A DNA stretch of 64,000 nucleotides from Zygnema circumcarinatum SAG 698-1b (taxonomy: Eukaryota; Plantae; Zygnematophyceae). Both the position numbers and the translations under genes were made by a program. The notes under the pieces are model-generated. The model was not told where the DNA came from. It ran no database searches and was given only the letters and a program-made list of their open reading frames with translations. Shown piece after piece: positions 25,426-37,100 of the stretch. How positions within the stretch are numbered: position 1 is the stretch's first letter; the number at the start of each line of letters is the position of its first letter. The DNA lies in NCBI GenBank assembly GCA_037447605.1, contig CM074815.1, forward strand, positions 1,240,001-1,304,000. Reading direction: 5' to 3'.

Positions 25426-26239
25426 GAGCTGATTTTGGAGCAGTGGATGGGCCCTGGAGTGTTGTTCAAAAGGGAAGGTGGGTTCTCTGCTAACCTTCGT
25501 GTAAACTGCTTGGGACTTTGAAAGGTGAGCCTGCACAGCTGGAATTGGGTAGAGGGGGCTGACGGTAAGTGCCGCTCCTAGCTGTAGTGGCTGAGTGACA
25601 AAAGGCATGTGCAGTGTGGATGGAGAGGGCTCGTGGATCGATCCAAAGATTTGTGACGAATTTAATCCAGTTAACCCGTCCATGGGAAGGACGTCATCTT
25701 CCATTTTGGGACAACTGTGAACGTCGCGTTTATTTTGTCGAATGGACTGTCAGTTGTGTCCGATGCGCTTGTTCGGGAGAGAGAGAGGGAGAGTTTTTTG
25801 CGTGATGTTGTCCAGGCAAAACATGTTCTCATTGACTGGATTTAAACTTCCCATGTGCCATTCCCTTTGTTCTTGCGTGTTACCCACTTGATGGATGTCA
25901 ATACGACACATTTCCATGGTCTAATTGTGACCCGTGCCCACGCCTCAATCACATAAACTTTGACTCCTTCGAGACCAAAAGCAAGACATTCTCAAATCTT
26001 ATCCTGAAGTTGCCCAAAACATCATATCCAGCCCAAGAGCCAATGGGATATAACACGTATCTCCTCATTAGACATTCAATCGAGCACTGTCTTTCCTCTG
26101 CCCCTTCCGTGTTACTTCAGGCCCTAAAATTCTGAACTTGCGCTTTAAAACAATACAAAGGGCAAAACTTTTTCAGTTTATTGTACAGGGTAAACACCAT
26201 TCGGTGCCATACTTGTGGGAAAAGAGTGTTTTGTCCGCC

Positions 26240-29233
26240 TTATATATCAGCAGCTAGAAGACTCCCAGAAAACAATATCTGCACCCACAAGCCAAAAAGT
26301 CAACTTCCCCTTTCGTCTCTGGAAGGGACTCTGTCTCTTCCTCTGAGATACTTGTGAATGGAGTCCTTTGATGAGAGCATGCTCCTACAACTCTAAACAT
26401 TTCAAAGGTAGACTACCTACATGGCAAACTTCTTCAAAATGATCCAAAGCCTTCGCTTAGGCAACAGAAGGTGTGAGATGTGCACAGTCAAATGAAATTC
26501 CACTGCAAGGAAGGGGCAAGAAAGCAAAGGCTTTACAGACATGACGCACCTTTTCACCGAGCTTGAATGCAGGAAGCCCTCTATATGGGCAGCCTGCACA
26601 TCGGAAAGCATCTCCGAGTCCGCACTGCACCAAAGCCATTTGCAGACGGTGCGAAAAGACATCCTCAAAAAGGGAAGGAAGGAGAACCTAGCAGCAGTTT
26701 CACACCAAAACAAACATTCTACTCCTTTGCGACGGGCAAACAGAGCGAATTATTACCAGCTCTATAATCCAGCGAACAGAGGAGAGATAGGATGCATACA
26801 CTGCCACAAGCTGACTGCGGGTTGTCGACCTGATCCACATTGAGCTTCTTCACAATCACCTTCTCCTCCATCTCTGCTCTTCCACAGGTGCAATTCTTAC
26901 AAGCCTTCTTCCCAACTCGGCCAACCTCACAGTCATCAGCTGCACCACAGATAAAAAAAGTCAGCTCCACTTGAGCATTGTAATCACCGATTTCACATCC
27001 CACATTACGACACGTGAAGGACACAACGGGCACTGCAGAACCTCTCATTTGCATTAAAAAGTGGCAAACTGAGTACCCTCAGCAACGCTTAGCAAGGGCG
27101 TCCGGCCATGTCAGCATTGGCCAGTGGCTTCTCCCTATTTTCACACCGAACATGGTTCCCACTTGATCAACAGTGAAATAAAATCACCCACGTTGGTTGC
27201 AAGTTTAAAACCTAAAAAAGCTCCCTTCAAACACAAAAGCACAAGCACTCATGGAAGTAAAGGAAAACCGACAGAGCTAATTGACGCTCTATTGACTTCA
27301 GCGACTTGGCAGGAAAACCCCCAGGCCTCAGGCTCCCAGAACTCTGCTGAAGCAGTTTACTTTCTCATCAAATTTTCACACAGCATTAAGTAAAGGGAAT
27401 CTGAGGGAATGCACCTGGTACTGCAGCCGGTGGCGCCAGGTCTTCTGGAGTGAGCAGTGAATCCTCGTCCACGAGGTCATCCATTTCAGCATTTGCCGAT
27501 GCCCAGAACGATGGTTGGGGTGCGGATGGGAGAGCCACACCAGACTGAGGAGCAATTGCCACATCGTCAACTTCGTCCAATGATATCTTCACAGTCGATC
27601 TGTTACCATTGCCGTTTGCAATGGACGTTCCGCCAACATTCACAGCCGGTGCTCCTGAACCACATACAACCGCTGCCTCAGCGGGGTAGATTGTGGATTG
27701 AAAGTGTTACAAAGTCGCAAGACGGTCGGCATTGAAAAAAAAACTCTGAAAATAACCATCGATTGCTTACCTGTGGAAGCCACTGACACTTTCTTTCTAA
27801 GCGTGAAAGACGTTCCCTTCTCCCAAGAAGGTTTCTGTACCTTGAACTGCATTGCCAATCACACAAAAGAGTAGCTACTTAAAAATTACAATCAATGAAC
27901 AAAAAATGTTCAGCGCAAACCTTTCATAAGCTCCAGAAACATCTCAACCTGTTGCTCAAATAATTTCCATTAGTCCTATTCTAGCCAAAGGAAAAGCAGG
28001 TTCACCATCTCAAGAGCATGCTTTAATCATGGACAACTATCACTTTAGATGCTACCTTTCTCCACTGCAGGAGTAGCGATTGGAAGATAATGGAAGGTTG
28101 GCTAGAGTCTCTCCTTGCAGAAATTCCCAGATACAAGTCAATTAAAAAACTTACAGCAATGGGCTGAAGTAGTGCACCCTGAGTGGACCCAATGGACGCA
28201 GGTGTTAACCCGCTCCAATCAGCAGATAGCCCAGCTTCTGCCAGAGGTGCTATAGAAGATGCAGCAGAAAAGCCTGCATAAAGCAATGACTTTTCGAGTA
28301 CTGCCTGGGATTTCAGCAAAGACGCTCGTTCTCCTAATTTCTGTTCCACAAAGAGAATCACACGGCGAGGTTACATCTATGTTCAGCTCTTGAAGGAGAG
28401 GGGCTGTCGACCTGACTGAATTCTACTTTGCTTCATGAACAACCCACTCAAGTAGACAATCCCTAACTGCTTTGGTCATCAGCTCGATCCAAGGCAGCTG
28501 AAGAAGAGGGGCAACTGCAGGCTATCTACTATCTTTCTCTCCACTCAAAATTTTCAAAGCAACAAGGAACACTACGCCTTCAACATGAAACGTACGAGGA
28601 TACCGAAAAAATGCCTTAAGGAAAGCAAAAGAACCTTGGTACAATATGCACAGAACCTATAAAGTAGGCGAAATAAGCTACTTACTGCAAGCTCCTCAGT
28701 GGCTACAGTCCTCCTTCCAACAGGCTCCTGAATCACCAAGCTTCCTCCCGGGCGCAAAAGGCGTGCAAGCTCTGTCAGCAGCAGGGCCGTGTGATGGCCG
28801 GGAGTTTCAGCTATCGACAGCACAAACTCCACAGAAGATGATGCGAGCGGGAGCTTGCCTGCTGGAGAGAAATTTCAAATAAAAAAGCGCATCAGCTGAG
28901 CAAAAAGTCAAACAAAGAGCAATACAGTTTCTCCGCTTCGAAATCCTCTGAACACAAAGGTCACTTCAGACTGGTATTGCGCACGTAGAGGCTCCCTAAT
29001 TGAGTGTCAACTCTATTTGGCTTTAACAATGATAAAGGCACGCAGCAAATTCTTCATCGAAACGACTCCTGAAGGATGCACGATGACATACCACACAAGC
29101 CTGCCTGCGTGACGATGCATAACGCGTTGATGGAGATGTATGGATGATATGCAATAATCTCTTTCAGAAGAACAGGCGACAGGACGGTCGACTCCGTGAG
29201 AAGGAGAGCAGTGGGAGAGGAAGCCGGCGCCAT
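26240..29233 (-). CDS. DRE2: Anamorsin / CIAPIN1 cytosolic Fe-S assembly factor, multi-exon
   Basis: ATG 29233 ([15 protein letters not shown]). Methyltransferase-like [37 protein letters not shown]. Fe-S motifs [19 protein letters not shown] and [30 protein letters not shown]. Last exon [12 protein letters not shown]. Confidence 0.93.
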
Positions 29234-29440
29234 TGCTGCAGGAAGAGGCGGAGCTGCTGAAGGCGGCAGGAGCTTTCCAAGGGGCGGAGCAAAGGACCCC
29301 CCGATACATATTGGATATATTCAGTTCCCGAACGTTCGAGGCGATGAGAGTTCAGTACGATTCAAAGAATACTGACAATATAGCTCAATATACCGGGATA
29401 TATTTCGATTGTATTAGCGGGGGTCAGACTTAGCGCGGAG

Positions 29441-29585
29441 CGTACGAAATTCCCGAATTCAGTATACGAAAAGTCACATTTTTCGTGTACGAATTTCGGT
29501 CGGGACCCGCGGCTCCGCCGAACCTAAGCTGTACCGAAATGCGTACCTAGCCAATGCGAAATACGCCCGGCAGGCGTACGAAATT
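29441..29585. promoter_or_regulatory. GTAC/CGAAA motif cluster upstream of DRE2
   Basis: CGTACGAAATT at 29441-29451 and 29575-29585, with five GTAC cores in 145 bp. Function is inferred. Confidence 0.45.
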
Positions 29586-30131
29586 GATTTGGCCATGTTT
29601 TAAGGCTGCCCCCCCCTACGGATGAGCAGCTTGGCGAGCAGACGCTTTGGATATGATATGTTTTGTATTTGAGGTGGATTCTTATATGCAGGAAGTTTAC
29701 AGACTGAGAGACTGCTGCGATGGTGTCCATTTGTTGCTCCTTTCGTTTAAATGGATCAAAATACGCTGAAATTCATTGGCTTATCTATGTTCGACTCAAA
29801 GTTTTGCCCCTTCAACAGATTGAAGAGTAAAGGTGACTGGTAAAAAAATGAACCGTATTTCCAAATAGAACAAAGTCACAACAGTAGCTTTTCAACAATG
29901 CATCCATTCGAAAATGAATAAAATACATCAAGCGACCTTCCCTGTACACGACCCCGGACCTGCCCCTGCCCTCCTTTGATTCCTCTTTTGGTGAATTCAC
30001 ATTCTAGCCTCGCACTCCCTCTCCTCTCCCACCTCGCTCATGTTACCATCCCACTCTCTCATCACCGACCACTGATTAGCCAGCAATTCAAAATCGTTAC
30101 TCTTCCAACAACTCCAATGCGAGTGCCCTCA

Positions 30132-33010
30132 TTACACCCCCAGAAGGGGGAAGGTGAAGCTTCCTTGAAACAGGAATGAGCCGACAATGGCTGCAGTAAA
30201 AGGAACAGTAAGGTTGTCGTCCAGCTGCCGAGTGACAGGGAGGGACTCCACTCCAGTGGCAAAGAAGGTGACGGCTGCGACCCGCATAATGGTGCTCGAC
30301 CATTCGCACTCGAAGTACCCAAGACTGCTGAAGAAGGATATAAAACTGCAAACCACCATCCCCAACAGAGAAAAGGTTGAAGGCCCACAACCCCCTCCCC
30401 TGACTTCCATAGACGCAGAAACCACCTATTGAATGGCCTGGAATGAACGCTGATTCCCCCCGCCTGCAGTAGCCACATACCAACAACCATTCAAGGTAGC
30501 ATAGAACAGACGCTCGAGTTCTGCAGCTCACCAGAGTGAGACGGGGAAGCCCACTGCAAACATGGCAATGCTTCCTGCCCAGCTCTTCTCGCTGTTCCAT
30601 GGCAGCTTTGCAGACCCGAGTCTCCGTCCAACAATGTCAGCCACACCTGTCAAAGAACCCTTCCCCTTCTCCAATGAGCATCATATTTCCTGGATTTTCG
30701 GCTTTAGCATTTTTCAATATGCCTTAAGCACACTATTGCAATGCAATTTACCTGTCCTTCTGCCAACTTCGCTACGAAGGCCAGCCACCCAGCTGTAATG
30801 ACACCGCCAAAATGGACTTTAAGATGTCGATGTTGTCATCACTCACCATCGCCAGCACACATGAGCGTCATTGCTATAATGCCCGTAGGAGAATCGCGCC
30901 AAAAAAAGAGAATGATGCTTACGAATGCCACCACATAAAAGAGGGGACCGCGCAACAGCTCCCTGCACTCCGCTCCATTCAAGAACCACCGTCAGTTAGA
31001 AGGAAGTGTTCACCTACCTAACGTTCTGCAAAGTGATCGCACTTTTGTGCCACTCAGCATGAGCAGTTTAGTCCCCAATATCCATCAGGGACAATGAGCC
31101 ACGCCTTTAATCCCCCATGCAGGCCACATTGAGTTCCTATGAACGAGGTGCTTCTTAGGTCGCCCTAAACTGCCTCTGACGAGTATGCAGACTTGAAGGC
31201 TTGCCCTGCTGCCCACCTCCAACAGACCCCGAGCAAAAGCCTCCTTTCCTGCCAACTGCTGCAGCCTTGATTTACCAATGAGAGGAGAAACCTGCATCTC
31301 CTCAGTCCCAACACTGATTTGGAGGAACGAAGCATAAGCAGGGCATGACTGTGGCAGTCCCTCAAGGTACAGCTGATCCCTCTGATCGAGTCGATGCCTC
31401 ATTATCCAGACTCGACTCGGAATGAAATGACAGGACTGACCTCGGATCTCCTTCTCTGCTGATAGAGCGCACGGCAGCTTCATCCTTGATGACCCCAAAG
31501 GCGAGCAGGAGAAGCTTGACCATGTTGCCCAGGGGCACCACTGCAGCAAATAAACGAGCATTTGGAGAAGCACTGGCCTCCCCCCGCCAAAGAGCGGATC
31601 AATAAGCACCCAGGTTCGAGGCTGAGCTATAATAGACCATTCAGATCACTACGACCTTTTCCAAAATCAGAGTGAGGGATAGCATACTCAGATTCAAGGA
31701 ATTTCCACTAACTATAACACGCTCGACCAGAGAATAAGCTAAACTGAACCGACCCTAATGCCACTATTCAATGACATGACATGACATAACATGGACAATA
31801 TCATGACAAGACATAACATGGGACAACCTCGTTCTAGAATCACTGATTGTGATGGAGCGTAAGGAGTTCAGCACAAGCGACCCGAGCGGGGAAATGAGAG
31901 CAACCTGAAAACTGGCCAGCACATCATAAAGAGAAGCCCTGTAGTAATGTGCACAACTTTTCGGCTCAGCTTCTGCACAGAAACTTAGCCTCCGCTAAAA
32001 GTGAGAGTTATTCCAACAGCATCGTCGGAAAGTTTGAAAATTAAAGTAAATAGAAGTCAGTCCTAGACTACATAGTTCATGCACCTGCACAGACCAGCCT
32101 TGTTTTGAACAATGAACCACCTAGCACCCCTCATTCCAGCAAATGATGTCGTCATAATTTTAAGAAAATCAACCTACTTCTAAGGCACTCCTCACGTGTT
32201 CGAGGATTCTCTCCTTCAAGACTGGCACTTCTATTGTTTCGCGCAACTTGCAAGTTCTGAATGGAGATAACTGCTCCCGGTTTGCTTCCCGGTTTTCGTT
32301 TTCAAGCAACAAAAAAGTCTCTACAAGTACAAGGTGGATGCCAAATTGAGCACCTGCTCAATAACGAGAAGATCGCTATCTGTTTATCAAAATTAAACAT
32401 CTCACACCTTCTCACATCCTATTCACCATAATTCCCAGCTGTTTTCCGAGTCAAAGGCAGGTGATCAAAGGTCAGCGCTCACCTGCTCCAAGAAGTTGTT
32501 TCGTGTCAATTCATCAAATATCCGAACCCATAGCAAGGCTGCTGCAGAGGTCAAGACTGCAGCGATGATGTCATGTTGTAGACGTGACTGCTCCATCAAA
32601 GGCGCGATTAAAGTGATATCCATCAGCCCAATCGACCTCATGATCTCTCCAGTCGGCGCTCCATCACTGATGAACTGCTTAACCTTCGCCTCTCCTCGCT
32701 CGTGCTTGCATGACTTTCCTTCTGCCGCGCCTTGTATTCTTGCTCCAGCTGGCGACGATACATTGAAGCCATCACCAGCAGCTGACTTGATTCCAAAATT
32801 CCTCCGAGAAGTTACAACCGTCAAGCATAAAATTGGAGAAGCGCAAGTCGAGAAACGCGACCTCTGAGAAGCCCGGGTGCTTGCAGCTTCAGGCACGCCA
32901 TGGCTTCCTGCTGCAATCCGGCTGCTGCCGCCCCTGCTGCTCAGAGCCACAGTGCGGAGAGAAAACGGCTGCGTCCTCAGCGCCATGGGCGTGCCAAGAG
33001 CGGAGGCCAT
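30132..33010 (-). CDS. VTE5: Phytol kinase (CTP-dependent isoprenoid alcohol kinase), plastid transit peptide, multi-exon
   Basis: ATG 33010 with S/A/R-rich leader. Motifs KLSRKVVHITTGLLFMMCWPVF, SWAGSIAMF, SSLGYFECEWSSTIMRVAAV and VESLPVTRQLDDNLTVP. The C-terminal half looks closer to VTE5 than to farnesol kinase FOLK, which is not excluded. Confidence 0.82.
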
Positions 33011-33278
33011 GCTGCCATTAGCCGGCTCTTGCAGGCAGAGAGGGAGAAGAGAGACAGCCCCAACTCTAGTAGTAGTGCTTTGAAGCTTTGCAGGTATGAT
33101 TCCGCCCGCACAACCGTGCACATATCCGTTAGAACATGTTTGGACATAGAACACCGTATCTAAAGAATGCAGTTGGACAAATTTGGCACTAAATAGACGC
33201 ATATGATTGGCTAGTCACATGCTCTCAGTTTGCTGTCGAGTGTCACTGACGGTGGACTGACTCCCACCAGTCATAGTA

Positions 33279-33460
33279 TGACACGTCATCACATCTTTCC
33301 ACGTGGCCAATTTCCATTCGCTTAGAATATCGTCAACGGAGACCTGCCCTGACTTGTAGTGCGACTATCGATTCGATGGAGACATTTTAACGAATTATTT
33401 TTCGCCACGTGTCGCCAGGATTGAGGAGTGCCTGCAGCCTCCCTGCCTGCTAGTACGTGG
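33279..33460. promoter_or_regulatory. ACGT-core (G-box/ABRE) cluster upstream of VTE5
   Basis: TGACACGTCA 33279, CCACGTGGC 33299, GCCACGTGTC 33404, TACGTGG 33454. Confidence 0.5.
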
Positions 33461-34183
33461 ACACCAGATTATGATGAGCCGTACGGTAGGATCTGACTGT
33501 ACGGTAGGGCACGGCTGTGATTGGAGATACAGTACAGTACGATAGAATGTACAGATGGATTTTTTTTTGGAAAATTCTATTCTCACACCTTTTTTGTCTA
33601 CACACAGGCCTCTTTTCGCCGGGCAGATTTTAAAATAGCACAAAAAAAGAACACACCTTTCACACCTTCTCACCTTTTTTTTTTCACCTTTTTTTTCCCA
33701 CCTTTTTGAAATCGATACACACCTTTCTCCATCGGGCAGATTTTGTTGTACAGCACTAGAGACTGTACAACGTTTTGGGACATAGACTCTCTAGGGAGGT
33801 TAGATGCGCCTTGCAAGTGTTAGAGGCGCATGTGTACGAACGTCCGAGTATACCGTACTGTGCCGTACTGTACTGTACCGTACCACTTTTACCTGGTGTA
33901 CGAAGTGTACGGACAGTATAGATGTACAGGAAGTGTGGCGTCGCATCGCCACGCATAGGAGTCAGCCTTCTGACGGCTAAAACCCCTTTTAATCGATCTA
34001 GCCGCTTTCAGAGAGCTTTGCCGAGACGTTTGGCTGTAGCCAGGGCAGGTGCTTATGGGATATGTGTGGGTTAGTGCAAGGAGGGACAAGTAGTGTGGCA
34101 CTGCTTTACATACCTTGTACTCATTCATTGAAAACAAGAGTTTTGGGCCGGCGGGGCTTTTCTCAATCTGTTGAGCTTGTCTT

Positions 34184-37100
34184 ATGTCTGAAATGTCTGA
34201 GACTGGAGATTCAGGAGGAGGAGACACGGCTGGTGGTAAATCCATGGATGGAGTTACAACAAGTGGTATCAGAGCTTTCGGATCTGAGGACAGTGGGAAG
34301 ACCCACATCCAAATCTTCCGAGGCGGCACAAGTACAGAGTACAAGGAGTGGAGATGGGAGATGACCGCTCTACTCGAAACCAGGAAGCTGCTCCCGTATG
34401 TCGATGGTACCATCAAGCCACTCGACAAGAAGACAGCGCCTGCAGCCGATTTTGAAGCTTGGACTGAAAAGGATGCCAAATGTAGACACTTCTTCGCTGC
34501 AAGTATTAAAGGCAAGCCAGCTCACATGCTCATGCATCTGAAATCTGCTCGTGAGATGTGGGAGAAACTAGAGGCCACTTATGATCTAGTTGACATCACT
34601 GGAAGGTCAAATTTATATGATGAATTAGCAACCATTAAAATGACTTCAGATGAGACAACACTAGATTACTTGATGAGGTTTGGCAATCTAATGCAGAAGT
34701 TCACTATGCTGGACAAGGTTTTAGATGAGGATCACCAAATCAATGCATTTTTCAGAGGCCTGCCCAAACGTTTTGACGTCACTGTCAATGGCCTGCGGAC
34801 TCACCACTCCTTCTCTACACTCACGTTAGCCCATGCCATGGCCCGTATTAGAGAGGAGGACACATTTCAGAATGCATCCAGGCCAGGGGCAGATGGTGTC
34901 ATGGCAATGCGGCAGCAGAGCCTCCGAGAGCAGCGTGACCGAGGAGGACCTGACAATTTCTGCACTTACTGCAAGAGGAAGGGGCACATTGAAGCGGAGT
35001 GTCGGACCAAGAAGGCAGCCCAAGGCAGCGGGCAGCCTGACAGCGCAGAAGGCAAGGGGAAGGGCAAAACTGTCATCTGCTATAAGTGTGATCAGCCAGG
35101 TCACATTGCCAGGAACTGCACAGGCATAGCTGGAACAGAAGTAGCAGAGCCTGCACAGGTAGAGAGTAGTTTGATGGCTAGGGCTGCCAAGAGAATCGAT
35201 TATGTAAATCAAGTTTATCTTAATGACAAGAATCATTTACCGTGGCTCATTGACTCAGGGGCTTCCAAACACATGTGTAGTGACACCTCTCTCTTTGCAG
35301 AAATGCAGCCTTTGGCTGAGGCTAGATGTGTGTTTTCAGCAACAGGAGATCAAGTTGATGTCACTCATGGTGGAACTGTCCATTTTGCGCCTGTTGGAGA
35401 AGGCACACCTTTCCAACTCAGGCTTGGCAATGTCTTGCATACACCCACGTTACAAAACAATTTCTTTTCTGTTAGTCAGGTGTGTGGCAAAGGCTATGAA
35501 GGAATTTTCAGAGAAAATTCATGTAAAATTTTACATAGAAAAACTCGGAAAATTCTATGTAGAGGGACACAAAGGGACGGCCTGTACTACTTAGATTGGC
35601 AACCGTCGATTCAGGAGAAGGTCGCCGCTGCACGCGCCTCGGACGGCGCAGATGGTCGCGGTGGAGTCGCACGTGCCCAGGGCGTGCGTGACGGCCGCGA
35701 TCCTGCACGCGCCTCGGACGGCGCAGATGGTCGCGGTGGAGTCGCACGTGCCCAGGGCGCGCGCGACGGCCGCGATCCTGCACGCGCCTCGGACGGCGCA
35801 GATGGTCGCGGTGGAGTCGCACGTGCCCAGGGCGCGCGCGACGGCCGCGATCCTGCACGCGCCTCGGACGGCGCCGATGGTCGCGGTGGCGTCGCACGTG
35901 CCCAGGGCGCGAGCGACGGCCGCGATCCCGTCCGCGCTCTCGGACCATCGGACGGCCCTTGCAGCGTTGCAAGGCGCGCCGACCCGGATTGTAGTGACGT
36001 GACGCAGCGCCATGCTCCCATGGCACCAGAGGGCACGGGCGATCCCCCTCAGCGGCGCACAGGCTCCAGCTGCAATGGGGGCATAGAGTCTGCGCATCAA
36101 GTCTCTGATTCGGCGCAGCTTTGGCACAGGCGCCTTGGCCATCTATCGTACAGCGGTCTGGCGACCCTTGCTACCCAGAGCCTTGTGAGGGGGCTCCCCT
36201 TTACGAAACTCTCCAAGGTCGAAACTGTTTGTCCGGATTGTGCCGTGGGCAAGAGCCACCGTCACCCCTTCCGAAACCATGGCGTGGACTCTTTCCGCGC
36301 ATCCCAGCGGTTGGAACTAGTTCACAGCGACTTGTGTGGGCCAATCACCCCAATGACGCCCGGCGGTGCACGGTACTTCATAACCTTCCTTGATGACTTT
36401 TCTAGGAAGATTTGGGTTGTACTGCTGGCACATAAATCTGACGCCTTTGAGGCCTTTCAGGATTGGCAGCTCCAGGCCGAACGGCAGTCCGGTGAGAAAC
36501 TTCAGCGAATCCGGACGGATAATGGGGGAGAGTACAAATCCATCCAATTCTCTGACTATCTCAAGTCTTTGGGGATTCGTCATGAGTTCACAGCGCCATA
36601 CAGTCCCCAGAGCAATGGTGCAGCAGAAAGAGTGAATCGTACTCTTGGAGACATGGCGAGGTCCATGCTGAGTGAGTCCCCCTTCTCCTTGACCTTTTGG
36701 GGAGAGGCCATCCTCACAGCAGCCTATCTTCGGAACAGGTGTCCCTCTAACGCCTTGAAAGATGAAGGGCGAGTACCTGAAGAAATGTGGAGCGGCAGCA
36801 AGCCAACAGTTCAACACCTCAAAGTGTGGGGCTCCCAGTGCTGGACTACGATTCCCAAGGTGCAGCAGACTACCAAGTTTAGCCCAAGAGGAGAGTTTGG
36901 TTACTTCCTCGGCTACAATGATGATAGTCTGACCTACCGCGTGTGGAATCCCTCTACGAACAAGGTTATGACTACCCGAGATCTCCTTGTTGAGGAGACC
37001 ATCACGGAGGCAGATCAAGCGAGGATGCGGCACTTACCACTCCCAGACATCGAGTTCCTCCCTGTGAGGGACACTCTGGCAGATGAGGCGTTCCCACCAC

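Noticed and set aside
35630-35929. 75-bp repeats as a CRISPR array
   Set aside because: Units are contiguous with no unique spacers, lie in frame in a retrotransposon ORF, and the DNA is eukaryotic with no cas genes.
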